NCBI GenBank assembly: GCA_963775425.1
Contig: CAVZJB010000004.1
Coordinates: forward strand, 224,001 to 288,000
DNA length: 64,000 nucleotides
Reading direction: 5' to 3'
Origin: an uncultured delta proteobacterium
GTDB taxonomy: Bacteria; Myxococcota; UBA727; VGSZ01
How positions within the stretch are numbered: position 1 is the stretch's first letter; every line of letters begins with the position of its first letter. Shown piece after piece: positions 38,027 to 47,660 of this stretch. The notes below the pieces were generated by a model. The model was not told the origin of the DNA, did not search any database, and was given only the letters and a program-made list of their open reading frames with translations. The translations under genes were made by a program, and so were the position numbers.

Positions 38027-39412
38027 CTACGGGCGGCGCGCGAGGACGTCGAGGGCGGCGACGCGGAAGATCTCGGCCATGGTGGGGAAGTTGAAGACGT
38101 GGTCGACGAGGTCGTCGACGCCGAGGCCGCCGATCATCGCGAGCTGCCCCACGTGCACGAGCTCCGGGGCGTCGTCGCCGGCGGCCTGCACGCCGAGGAT
38201 GCGCTCCCCGCGCGGGTCGGCGACGATCTTGAGCAAGCCGTCGGTGTTGCCGCTGATGAGGCCGCGCGCGATCTCGCTCGTGCGCGCGCGGCCGACCACG
38301 ACGGCGCCCATGCGCCGCGCGTCGTCCTCGGACAGACCGACGCTGGCGAGCGCCGGGATGGTGTAGGCGCCGAGCGGCACGAGGTCGAAGCCCGGCCGCG
38401 ACGGCAACCCGAAGGCGTGGCGGACCGCGCGGCGGCCCTGCTCCATCGACGTCGACGCCAGCGCGGGCGGCCCCACGACGTCGCCGGCGGCGTAGATCCC
38501 CTGCGCCGCGCGCAGTTGGGTGTCCACGACGATGTGCCCGTGGGCGTTGAGGGCGACCCCGACGCTGTTGAGGCCGAGCCCCTCCACGGAGGCCGTCCGC
38601 CCGAGCGCCACCAGCGCCTTTTCGGCCGTGAACGGCCCCCGCGACGTCTCCACGGTCACCGCGGTGCCGTCGAAGGACGCCGAGGCGACCTCGGCGCCGG
38701 AGGCCACGGTGCCGCCGTGGCCGACGAGCGCGTCGGCGAAGATGCGCGACAGCTCGCTGTCGAGGAAGGCGAGCGGCCGCGGGCCGCGGTCGACGAGCGT
38801 CACCCGGGCGCCGAGCGCCGCGAACGTCGACGCGTACTCGCACGCGGCGACGCCGCCCCCGAGCACCAGCAGGGAGTCCGGCATGTTCGGGAGCCCGAGG
38901 ATGGAGTCGCTGTCGAGGATGTGCGCGTGGTCCAGGGGGATGCCCGCGGGCGCGAGCGGGCGCGACCCGGTGGCGATGAGCACGACCGGGGCCGACGCCT
39001 CCTGCCGCGCGCCCCCCGGCTCCACGATCTCCACCCGCGCGCCGCCGCCGGCCAGGGGCGCGAGGATGTGCGCGTCACCGCGGATGCGCTCGACGCCGCT
39101 GCGGGTGAGCGACTTGTCCGCGACCGCCGCGTGCGCCGCCGCCACCTGCGCGGCGCGGCGCAGGTGCCCGTGCAGCGGCACCTCCCCGGGCCGGACGCTG
39201 AGGCCCGCGGCCGCGCTCTTGCGTCTGAAGGCCAGCAGGTGCTGCGCCTGCTCCCGCAGGACCTTGGACGGAATGCTGCCGCGCCGCACCGACGCGCCGC
39301 CGGGCCGGGCGGCGCGCTCGATGACGAGGACGCTCTTGCCCGCCTTGGCCGCCTGCACCGCGCCGGTCTGCCCCGCGGGTCCGGCGCCGATGACGATGAG
39401 GTCGACCTCCAT
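38027..39412 (-). CDS. sthA: Soluble pyridine nucleotide transhydrogenase-like flavoprotein
   Basis: IGAGPAG...A..AAK.G, GSIPSK.LRE, IATGSRP, ILDSDSIL, AAGDVVGPPALASTSMEQGR, FNFPTMAE. Confidence 0.85.
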   Translation of the reverse strand: MEVDLIVIGAGPAGQTGAVQAAKAGKSVLVIERAARPGGASVRRGSIPSKVLREQAQHLLAFRRKSAAAGLSVRPGEVPLHGHLRRAAQVAAAHAAVADKSLTRSGVERIRGDAHILAPLAGGGARVEIVEPGGARQEASAPVVLIATGSRPLAPAGIPLDHAHILDSDSILGLPNMPDSLLVLGGGVAACEYASTFAALGARVTLVDRGPRPLAFLDSELSRIFADALVGHGGTVASGAEVASASFDGTAVTVETSRGPFTAEKALVALGRTASVEGLGLNSVGVALNAHGHIVVDTQLRAAQGIYAAGDVVGPPALASTSMEQGRRAVRHAFGLPSRPGFDLVPLGAYTIPALASVGLSEDDARRMGAVVVGRARTSEIARGLISGNTDGLLKIVADPRGERILGVQAAGDDAPELVHVGQLAMIGGLGVDDLVDHVFNFPTMAEIFRVAALDVLARRP

Positions 39413-39457
39413 AGAGCGGACTACGGCCGGTGCGCGGCCGAACTGAAGGCCGCCGGG

Positions 39458-39766
39458 TTAAAGGCCCGGGATCCCGAGCCCGCCCGCCATCTGCTGGGTG
39501 TGCTCGACGCGGGCCTCCTCGGCGGCGGCGATGGCCTGGCCGACGGCGGCGCGGACGAGATCCTCGAGGAGGGTGGGGTCGGCCGGATCGATGGCGGCCT
39601 TGTCGATCTTGACCGACTTCACCTCCATCATCCCGTTCAGGACGACGCGGACCATCCCGCCGCCGGCCTCCCCGACGACGGTCTTTTGCTGGAGGTCGCG
39701 CTTGAGCTGCTCCTGCATCTCCTGCGCCTTCTGCATCATCTCGGCGAGCTTCTGGGGATCGATCAT
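39458..39766 (-). CDS. ybaB: YbaB/EbfC nucleoid-associated protein
   Basis: MQKAQEMQ, GEAGGGMV.V..NG, LEDLV.AAV..A. Confidence 0.95.
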   Translation of the reverse strand: MIDPQKLAEMMQKAQEMQEQLKRDLQQKTVVGEAGGGMVRVVLNGMMEVKSVKIDKAAIDPADPTLLEDLVRAAVGQAIAAAEEARVEHTQQMAGGLGIPGL

Positions 39767-39802
39767 GATCCCGGCGCTACCAAGGTGCGATAGACAGAGC
39801 TA

Positions 39803-40603
39803 GTGGCGTCGCCCCCCGTGCTCCTGCGTCCGGTCGGCTTCTGGACGAAGCGTCCCGGAGACGGTTTGCCCGATCCGCGCCGGCTCATGTCGTCGACGTG
39901 GGAGCGGCAGCGGCGCGGCTTCATCGCCGGCTACCTGATGACGGGGCCCATCCTCGAGGAGATGGAGACGCACGCCTGCCTCGTGTGCGGCGCCGACGCC
40001 GGTCACCGCGAGCGAACGGACGGTGTGTGGCGCTGGCCGGAGGGCCTCGCGCACTACGTCACCGTGCACGGCGTGCAACTGCCCGAGGAGCTCGTCGAGC
40101 ACATGGCCAAGCACAGCTTCACGGCGCCGCGCGTCAACGTGCGCGCGCTCCGCGAGCAGCTCCCGAAGACCAACCCCGCGGCCACCAGCCTGATCTCCAA
40201 AAGCGAGGTCGCCGCCGAGCTCGACGACATGCTCTCGTCGTCGGACAGCCGCCGCCCGCGCAAGAGCGGCGATCCCCTCGACGACGACACCGCCGCCATC
40301 CCCGTGAGCCAGGCGTGGAAGGTGCTCGTGCAGGGGGTGCCCACGCAACCGCAGAAGATCGTGTTCGACAGGCCCATCGTCATCGGCCGCGACCGCACCT
40401 GCGACGTCGTCCTCGACCACAAGAGCGTGTCCCGCCGTCACGTCCGCCTCGTGCCGTGGAAGGACCGGGTCATCGTGCAGGACCTCGGCAGCAGCAACGG
40501 CGTCTGGGTGCAGCAAAAGCGCTACGAGGGGCAGATCGAGATCCGCGAAGGCCAGCAGTTCTCCCTCGGACAGGCCACGATCATCGTCGTGCGACGACAC
40601 TAG
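39803..40603 (+). CDS. FHA-domain protein with an N-terminal CxxC/His domain
   Basis: C-terminal IGR...CDVVL....VSRRH...DLGSSNGVW (FHA); N-terminal CLVC...TDGVWRWPEGLAHYV..H. Confidence 0.85.
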   Translation: MASPPVLLRPVGFWTKRPGDGLPDPRRLMSSTWERQRRGFIAGYLMTGPILEEMETHACLVCGADAGHRERTDGVWRWPEGLAHYVTVHGVQLPEELVEHMAKHSFTAPRVNVRALREQLPKTNPAATSLISKSEVAAELDDMLSSSDSRRPRKSGDPLDDDTAAIPVSQAWKVLVQGVPTQPQKIVFDRPIVIGRDRTCDVVLDHKSVSRRHVRLVPWKDRVIVQDLGSSNGVWVQQKRYEGQIEIREGQQFSLGQATIIVVRRH

Positions 40604-40611
40604 GTTCCTTC

Positions 40612-42594
40612 GTGCACAAGGAGACGCGCGAGGAGCGGCGGGCGAGGTTGGCGGAGCGGGTGAAGACGCTGCCCGCGGAGCCCGGCTGCTACCTGATGAA
40701 GGACAAGCACGGCGAGATCTTCTACGTCGGCAAGGCCGGCAGCCTGCGCGCTCGCGTGAAGAACTACTTCACCGGCAGCGACACCCGGCAATTCGTCGAC
40801 TGGCTCGACGACATCCTCCACGACATCGAGTACGTCGTGGTGCGCAATGAGAAGGAGGCCCTGCTCCTCGAGCGCACCCTGGTGAAGGAGCACCAACCCC
40901 GCTTCAACGTCAAGCTGCGCGACGACAAGAACTTCATCCACCTGCGGCTCGACACGCGGCCCGCCGACGACGAGGCGTCGATGCGGCGGCAGTTCCCGCG
41001 CGTGGAGGTGGTCCGCGGTCCGAGCGCGGGCGGCGCCAGGACCTTCGGCCCGTACCACTCGGCCACCGCCGTGCGCTCCACGCTGCGCGTGCTCAACCGC
41101 CACTTCCAATTGCGCACCTGCCGGGACGCCGTCCTCGAGAACCGCACGCGCCCCTGCCTGCAGCACCAGATCGGCCGCTGCCCGGCCCCGTGCGTCTATC
41201 CCGTGCCCGACTACGCCGAGCGCGTCCACGACGCCGCGCTCTTCCTCGGCGGCAAGTCGAAGGAGCTCGAGCAGCGGCTGCGGGCGCGCATGCTGCAGGC
41301 GGCGGACGCGGAGGAGTTCGAGGTGGCGGCGCGCGTGCGCGACCAGCTCGGCGCGGTGCGCGCGGCCATGGACGAGCAGGTGGTCACCGACGTCGACAAG
41401 CGCCGCGACATCGACGTCATCGCCGCCCACCGCGCGGGGTCCCTGCTCGTCATCGTGCGCGTCGTCGTGCGCGACGGGCGCATGCAGGGCACCGAGACCG
41501 AGACCTTCGACAAGGCGGAGTTCCCCACGGAGGAGCTGGTGTCGAGCGCCCTGTCGCAGTTGTACGCGAGAGAGCCGCCGCCGGACGAGGTGCTCGTCGG
41601 CGTCGACCTCGGCGACGACGCACGCGCCCTCGCCGAGGCCACCGGCGCCGACGTGCGGGTGCCGCAGCGCGGCCACGGGCGGCGCCTGCTGGAGATCGCC
41701 GAGAAGAACGCCGACGCGGCCGCCGCCGACGTCCTGCGCAAGCAGGACGTGCGCGAGCGCGGGCTCGCCGCGTTGCAGAAGCGGCTCGACATGCCGCGGC
41801 TGCCGCGCGTGATCGAGTGCTACGACGTGTCGCTGTTCCAGGGGACGGACGCCGTGGCGTCGCAGGTGGTGTTCGTCGACGGTCAGCCGGACAAGTCGCG
41901 CTACCGCCGCTACAACATCCGCCTGCACGCCGGCATGCAGAACGACGACTTCGGCATGCTGCACGAGGCGCTCGTCCGCCGGCTCAAGAGGGGCGTCGCG
42001 AACGGGGAGCTGCCCGACGTCATCCTCGTCGACGGCGGCAAGGGGCAGCTCAACGTCGCCATCGCCGCGTGCAAGGACGTCCGCGTGCCCGTCGGCGAGG
42101 GCGGCGTGTACCTCGCCGGCGTCGCCAAGGCGCGCTCGTGGTCCGAGGGCGTCGACCGGCGCGCCCGGCCGGGGACGGTGCGCGAGGACCGCGACGACGT
42201 GACCGTGGCGGAGGACCAGCAGGAGAGCGCGCTTCAGATGAGCCCCGAGCGGCTGTTCCTGCCGCACGTGAAGGACCCGGTGGTGCTGCGGCCGCACACC
42301 GCCGACCGCTTCCTCGTCGAGCAGTTGCGCGACGAGGCGCACCGCTTCGCCATCACCGGGCACCGCGGGCGGCGCAAGCGGCGCACGCTGCGCTCCGTCC
42401 TCGACGACATCCCCGGCGTCGGCCCCGCGCGGCGGCGCGCGTTGTTGAAAGCGCTCGGCGGCGTCGACGCCATCGCGCGCGCGCCCGTCGACGACATCGC
42501 CAAGGTCGGCGGCGTCGGCCGCGCCATGGCGCTCAAGATCAAGGCCGCCCTCGGCGACCCCGCCATCGATCCGCCCGCGCCCGAGGATCCCTGA
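40612..42594 (+). CDS. uvrC: Excinuclease ABC subunit C
   Basis: LPAEPGCYLM, YVGKA, EALLLE, PRFNVKLRDDK, IECYDVS, LVDGGKGQL, LRDEAHRFAI, IPGVG; GTG start. Confidence 0.97.
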   Translation: MHKETREERRARLAERVKTLPAEPGCYLMKDKHGEIFYVGKAGSLRARVKNYFTGSDTRQFVDWLDDILHDIEYVVVRNEKEALLLERTLVKEHQPRFNVKLRDDKNFIHLRLDTRPADDEASMRRQFPRVEVVRGPSAGGARTFGPYHSATAVRSTLRVLNRHFQLRTCRDAVLENRTRPCLQHQIGRCPAPCVYPVPDYAERVHDAALFLGGKSKELEQRLRARMLQAADAEEFEVAARVRDQLGAVRAAMDEQVVTDVDKRRDIDVIAAHRAGSLLVIVRVVVRDGRMQGTETETFDKAEFPTEELVSSALSQLYAREPPPDEVLVGVDLGDDARALAEATGADVRVPQRGHGRRLLEIAEKNADAAAADVLRKQDVRERGLAALQKRLDMPRLPRVIECYDVSLFQGTDAVASQVVFVDGQPDKSRYRRYNIRLHAGMQNDDFGMLHEALVRRLKRGVANGELPDVILVDGGKGQLNVAIAACKDVRVPVGEGGVYLAGVAKARSWSEGVDRRARPGTVREDRDDVTVAEDQQESALQMSPERLFLPHVKDPVVLRPHTADRFLVEQLRDEAHRFAITGHRGRRKRRTLRSVLDDIPGVGPARRRALLKALGGVDAIARAPVDDIAKVGGVGRAMALKIKAALGDPAIDPPAPEDP

Positions 42595-42682
42595 CGCGCC
42601 CCCGTCGCCGGGAGTGGGACGGAGCGGGGCACCAGCGCGCGGTCGGTTGCCGTCTCATTGGAGGCCGACGTACTTTGCTCGA

Positions 42683-44521
42683 TTGGTGGACCGCGTCTCC
42701 GCCCAGGCGACGGCGTTGCTCGAGGAAGGCCGGCCGCTCGAAGCGGCCGAGCTGCTCGCGGGCAACAGCCGTTTCGGCCAGGCGGCGCGCCTGTTGCTCG
42801 GCCACCTCGGGGTCGCCGCCGACGGCGTCGCGTCGCTCCCTCCCGGCAAGCGGCTCCACGTCGAGAAGGCCGCCGCCTACCTCGTGCGGGCGCAGGAGGA
42901 GGGCGAGGCGGCCGCCCTGTACGCGGCCCTCGGCGACGCCGCGCGGGCGGCCGAGCTGCACCGCGCGGCCGAGGTCCGCGCGGCGCAGCCACCGAGCCCG
43001 CAGCTCGCCGAGCGGCTCGAGCGCCAGGGCCGCCTCGAGGACGCCGCGCGCGCGTGGCTGCACCTCGGCGAGCGCGACGCGGTCGCGCGCGTGGCGCGCC
43101 AGCTCCCCCCGCGCACGGGGGCGTTCTATCTCGGCCAGATCGGCCGGTACTTCGAGGCCGCCCGCCTCTGCCTCGACGCCGGCGACAAACAAGCCGCGTA
43201 CGAGTGCCTGGTGCGCGTGCCCTCCACCGATCCCGACTACAACGCCGCCTGCCGCCACGTCGTCGCCCTCGTATGGTCGAAGCGCTTCCTCGACGAGCGC
43301 CTGGCGGCGTTCCTCAGGCCGTGGACCGAGTCCGTGCCGGAGCAGGGAGACTTCGACGCGCTCTGCAAGCTCGCCGTGCTCTTCGGCGAAAACGGCCGCA
43401 TCGACGACGCCCGCGAGGTCTACCGCCGCATCGTGCAGCAGGCGCCCGACCACGGCGAGGCGAAGACCGGCCTCGCCATCCTCTCCGGCGACGGGCTCGA
43501 GCCCGCGGGCGTGAGCGGGAGCGCGGGCGGCCGCGAGGTCACGCAGACCGCGCGGGTGTTCGCGCGCGTCGACAAGACCGGCATGGAGGTGGTGTCCGAG
43601 GAGCACACCCACGGGATCGCGCGCGGCGCGCTCGCCCGCCGCGTGCGCGCCCTGCAGGCCGACGCGCTCGTCGGCGGACGCTACCGGCTCCGCAAGAAGG
43701 TCGGCGGCGGCGGGATGGGGGTGGTCTTCGAGGCGTTCGACGAGGAGCTCGGTGAGCTCGTGGCGCTGAAGTTCCTCCTGCCGCTCGAGGAGGACAACGC
43801 GCTCGCGCGCTTCAAGCGTGAGATCGCGCTCACGCGGCGCTTGTCGCACCCGAACATCGTGCGCGTGTTCGACCTCGGGATCCACGAGGACCTGCGCTAC
43901 GTCACCATGGAGCTTCTGCGCGGCCAAGACCTCGCGCACCGCATGAAGAACGGGGAGCTCGACCTCGCCACCGGGCTCGACGTCCTCGCCCAGGCGTGCC
44001 GTGGCCTCGACGCCGCGCACAAGGAGGGCATCGTTCATCGGGACGTGAAGCCCGCGAACATCTTCGTCACCGAGCGGGGCCCGGTGAAGGTGATGGACTT
44101 CGGCGTCGCCCGCGAGGCGAGCGAAGCCGCCGCGGGCCTCACGCAGGCGGGCGTCATCCTCGGGACACCGCGCTACATGCCCCCGGAGGTGTTCCTCGGC
44201 TCGCGCGCCATTCGGCCGAGCATGGACATCTATGCGCTGGGCGTCTGCGCCTACGAGCTCGCTACCGGCGAGCCCCCCTTCGAGGACGGGCACTCCATGA
44301 CGCTCCTTAAAAAGAAGGTGAACGAGGACCCGGTGCCCCCGCGCACCAAGAACCCCGACGTCCCCGAGGTGCTCGACGCCCTCATCCTCTCGCTCCTCGC
44401 CAAGCTGCCCGAGGGCCGGCCCGCCACCGCCGGCGACGCCGCCGACGCCTTCGAGCGCATCGTCGCGTGGCTCGCGATGAACGCACCGACGCGCACCGAC
44501 GAGCGCGCCAGGCGCGAGTGA
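42683..44521 (+). CDS. Hanks-type Ser/Thr protein kinase with an N-terminal TPR-like region
   Basis: GGGGMGVV, VALK, HPNIV, HRDVKPAN, DFG, GTPRYMPPE, DIYALG; TTG start has TACTTT 6 nt upstream. Confidence 0.93.
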   Translation: MVDRVSAQATALLEEGRPLEAAELLAGNSRFGQAARLLLGHLGVAADGVASLPPGKRLHVEKAAAYLVRAQEEGEAAALYAALGDAARAAELHRAAEVRAAQPPSPQLAERLERQGRLEDAARAWLHLGERDAVARVARQLPPRTGAFYLGQIGRYFEAARLCLDAGDKQAAYECLVRVPSTDPDYNAACRHVVALVWSKRFLDERLAAFLRPWTESVPEQGDFDALCKLAVLFGENGRIDDAREVYRRIVQQAPDHGEAKTGLAILSGDGLEPAGVSGSAGGREVTQTARVFARVDKTGMEVVSEEHTHGIARGALARRVRALQADALVGGRYRLRKKVGGGGMGVVFEAFDEELGELVALKFLLPLEEDNALARFKREIALTRRLSHPNIVRVFDLGIHEDLRYVTMELLRGQDLAHRMKNGELDLATGLDVLAQACRGLDAAHKEGIVHRDVKPANIFVTERGPVKVMDFGVAREASEAAAGLTQAGVILGTPRYMPPEVFLGSRAIRPSMDIYALGVCAYELATGEPPFEDGHSMTLLKKKVNEDPVPPRTKNPDVPEVLDALILSLLAKLPEGRPATAGDAADAFERIVAWLAMNAPTRTDERARRE

Positions 44522-44539
44522 GCCGACGCCGCGTGCCCG

Positions 44540-47500
44540 TCAGGGCGATCGGCGGCGGGCGAACACGGACTGGAGCACCGGCATCACCACGAGCACCAGC
44601 GGGACGGCGGTGACGAGGCCGCTGATGATGGCCACGGCGAGCGGCGCCTGCATGCGCGCGCCCTGCCCGATGCCGAGCGCGAGGGGGAAGAGCGCGAGCA
44701 CGGCGATGATGGACGTCATCAAGATGGGCCGCAGGCGCATCTTGCCCGCGCGCACGAGCGCCTCGTGGTCAGGATCGACGTCGTCACCGAGCTCGGCGAA
44801 GAAGAAGATGCACAGCTCGGTGACGATGCCGACGATCATGGTCAGGCCCATCATCGACGAGAGGTTGAGCTCCGTTTTCGTGAGCCACAGCCCCACGAGC
44901 ACGCCCGCCGCCGACAGGAACGTCGTGGCGAGGATAGCGGCGACGATGGCGGCGCGCTCGTAGAGGAACATCAACAGGAGCGCCACGAGCACCACTGCGC
45001 TCGCAAACACGAGGGCGAGGTCCCGCAGCGAGCGCGCCTGCTCCGCGTAGAGCCCTCCGTAGGCCACGCGGAGCCCCGGCGGGAGCGGCGTCTTGGCCAC
45101 CGCTTCCTTGACGTCGCGCATGGCGGACGCGAGGTCGCGGCCCTCCAGGCGCGCGGTGACGGCGACCATCTGCTCCAGGTTCTCGCGCGTCACCTCGGCG
45201 CGCCCCTCGCTGACGCCCACCCGCGCCACCCGCGCGAGCGGGAGCATCTGTCCGTCGCCGCCCTCGAGCCGCAGGCCGGGGACGGACTCGACGCGCGCGC
45301 GCGACGCCGGCGGCCCCCACACGCGAACGCCGAGCGTTTGCTGGCCGCGGCGGAAGTCCGCGGCCACGCGCCCCTCGAGGAGCAGGCCCGCCTGCCCGTC
45401 CACGGCTTCGGGCCGGAGGTGCTCGAGCTGTGCGCGCGCGCGGTCGACGCGGACGACGATGTCGTCGCCGGCGACGGTGACGCCGTCGAAGACCTCGACG
45501 AGCCCGGGGACCTTCTCGAGGGCGGCGGCCACGCGGCGACCGGCCTCCTCGAGCGCGGCCTCGTCGCCGCCGAAGATTTTCACCTCCACGGGCTGCGGCA
45601 CCGCGGTGAGGTCGCCGATGAGGTCCTCCATGAGCTGCGCGGTCTCGATGCGGAGGCCGGGGACGTCGCGCTCCACCTGCCGGCGCAGATCGCTCATGAC
45701 TTCCTCGATGTCGCGCCGGGGCAGCGGCCTCAGGTGGATGAAGTAGTCGCCGGTGTTGACCTCGGTGAGGGCGCCGCCGAGCTGAAGCCCCGTGCGGCGC
45801 GAGTAGTTGTCCACCTCGGGCAGCGCCTGGATGCGCTGCTCGACGATGCGCAGCATGCGATCCGTCTCGCTGAGCGACGTCCCCGGCGGGGCCGTGTAGT
45901 CGAGGATGAAGCCGCCCTCGTCGATGACGGGCATGAAGCCCTGCCCGAGCGCGCGGTACGCGAGGCCGCCGCTGGCGGCGAGCGCGGCGACGATGGGGAC
46001 GACCAGGAGCCGGCGCGCGAGGAGGGCGCGCGTGAGCCGCTCGTAGGCGCGCTGCGCGGCCGCGAGCGCGCGCCCCGCCGCGGGCGGGCGGTGGCGCGGG
46101 TCGAGCACGGCGTGGGCCAGCAGCGGCACGGCGACGAGGGAGAAGGCGTAGCTGAGCGCCAGTGACACCGCGATGGTGAGCGCGAGCGCCTTGAAGAACG
46201 CGCCGGCCACGCCCCCGAGGAACGCCAGCGGCACGAAGACCACGATGGTCGCGAGCGACGACCCCGTCAGCGGCCGCGCCATCTCGAGCCCGCCGCGGAT
46301 GACGTCGGCGGCCTCGGGGTGCCGCGCGGGGGCGCCGGCAGCGTCCGGCGCGGGCGCTTGTCCCCCGGCGGGCGGGCGCTCCGCGGCCATCCGGCGCGCG
46401 ATGTTCTCGATGACGACGACCGCGTCGTCGATGACGAGGCCGACGGCGGCGGCCATGCCGCCCAGGGTCATCACGTTGAGCGTCATCCCGACGCGCTCGA
46501 GCACGAGCACCGTCGCCGCGAGCACCCCGGGGAGCACCACGGCGACCACGAGCGTGACACGCAGGTTCCGCAGGAACGCGAAGAGCACCGCGGCCGCGAA
46601 CAGCGCGCCGAGGAGGATGGCGTCGCGCACGCTGGTGGACGAGGCGCGCACGAGCTCCCCCTGGTCGTACCAGGGCTTGATCACGACGTCGCGCGGCAGC
46701 TCGCTTTCGTGCGCGCGCAGGGCGGCGAACACCGCGTCCTTGATGGCGAGCGTGTTGCCGTCGCGCTGCTGGCGGATGTCGACGAGGACGGCGTCCGTGC
46801 CGCCGGCGGTGACCCGCGTCCACTGCGTGGCGCGCGCGAGCGTCACGTCGGCGACGTCCCCGACGGTGACGACGGCGCCGGCCGCGGACGCCACGGGCGT
46901 CTTCTTGACGTCGTCGACGTCGACGTACCCGGCGTCGTCCACGACGAGGTAGAGGCGGTCGTGGTCCTCGACCCGGCCGATGGCGCTCACCCCGGAGCTC
47001 TGGCCGAGCGCATCGACGACGTCGTCGGTGCCGAGCCCGTGGGCAGCGAGCTTCATCGGGTCGACCACCACCTGCACCTCGGCGACCGCGCCGCCGAGCA
47101 CGTCGACGCTGGCGACGCCGGGGATGCTCGACAGGATGGGGCGCAGCCGCAGCACGGCGAAGTCCCGCAGCGACACGGGATCGCGCGTGGCGGACGTCAA
47201 GCTGAAGCCGAGGACCGGGAAGACCGTGGGATCCATGCGGCGAACGTCGAAGGTGGTCCCCGGGGGCAGCGACGCGCCGAGCTGCGCGAGCACCGCCTGC
47301 GTCTGGAGCGCGGCCTCGGTCATGTCGACGCCCCAGTCGAACGAGAGCGAGACGTCGGCGGCGCCGCGGCTCGACGTGGAGCGCACGGTGCGCACGTGGG
47401 GAACGGCGCGCAGCGCCTCCTCCACCGGGCGCGTGACGTCGGTGACCATGCGATCGATGGGCCGCTCGCCGGCGTCGACGCTGACCACGATGCGCGGGAA

Positions 47501-47632
47501 GTCGATGATGGGAAACAGGCCGACCGGCACGCGGGCGGCGTCGACGACGCCGGCGACTACGACGAGGGCGAACGCCAGGAGCAGCGAGCGCTTGTGCGCC
47601 GACAACCAACGCGCCGCCCCCTCCGCGCTCAC
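44540..47632 (-). CDS. RND efflux permease (AcrB/CusA family)
   Basis: About 1030 aa; NVMTLGG...AVGLVIDDAVVVIENI, RLRPILMT, PLA.G.G.GA..Q.PLA..I.SGL. Confidence 0.95.
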   Translation of the reverse strand: MSAEGAARWLSAHKRSLLLAFALVVVAGVVDAARVPVGLFPIIDFPRIVVSVDAGERPIDRMVTDVTRPVEEALRAVPHVRTVRSTSSRGAADVSLSFDWGVDMTEAALQTQAVLAQLGASLPPGTTFDVRRMDPTVFPVLGFSLTSATRDPVSLRDFAVLRLRPILSSIPGVASVDVLGGAVAEVQVVVDPMKLAAHGLGTDDVVDALGQSSGVSAIGRVEDHDRLYLVVDDAGYVDVDDVKKTPVASAAGAVVTVGDVADVTLARATQWTRVTAGGTDAVLVDIRQQRDGNTLAIKDAVFAALRAHESELPRDVVIKPWYDQGELVRASSTSVRDAILLGALFAAAVLFAFLRNLRVTLVVAVVLPGVLAATVLVLERVGMTLNVMTLGGMAAAVGLVIDDAVVVIENIARRMAAERPPAGGQAPAPDAAGAPARHPEAADVIRGGLEMARPLTGSSLATIVVFVPLAFLGGVAGAFFKALALTIAVSLALSYAFSLVAVPLLAHAVLDPRHRPPAAGRALAAAQRAYERLTRALLARRLLVVPIVAALAASGGLAYRALGQGFMPVIDEGGFILDYTAPPGTSLSETDRMLRIVEQRIQALPEVDNYSRRTGLQLGGALTEVNTGDYFIHLRPLPRRDIEEVMSDLRRQVERDVPGLRIETAQLMEDLIGDLTAVPQPVEVKIFGGDEAALEEAGRRVAAALEKVPGLVEVFDGVTVAGDDIVVRVDRARAQLEHLRPEAVDGQAGLLLEGRVAADFRRGQQTLGVRVWGPPASRARVESVPGLRLEGGDGQMLPLARVARVGVSEGRAEVTRENLEQMVAVTARLEGRDLASAMRDVKEAVAKTPLPPGLRVAYGGLYAEQARSLRDLALVFASAVVLVALLLMFLYERAAIVAAILATTFLSAAGVLVGLWLTKTELNLSSMMGLTMIVGIVTELCIFFFAELGDDVDPDHEALVRAGKMRLRPILMTSIIAVLALFPLALGIGQGARMQAPLAVAIISGLVTAVPLVLVVMPVLQSVFARRRSP

Positions 47633-47660
47633 CGCCGCACCCCGAGGTCGTGGGGCGCGC

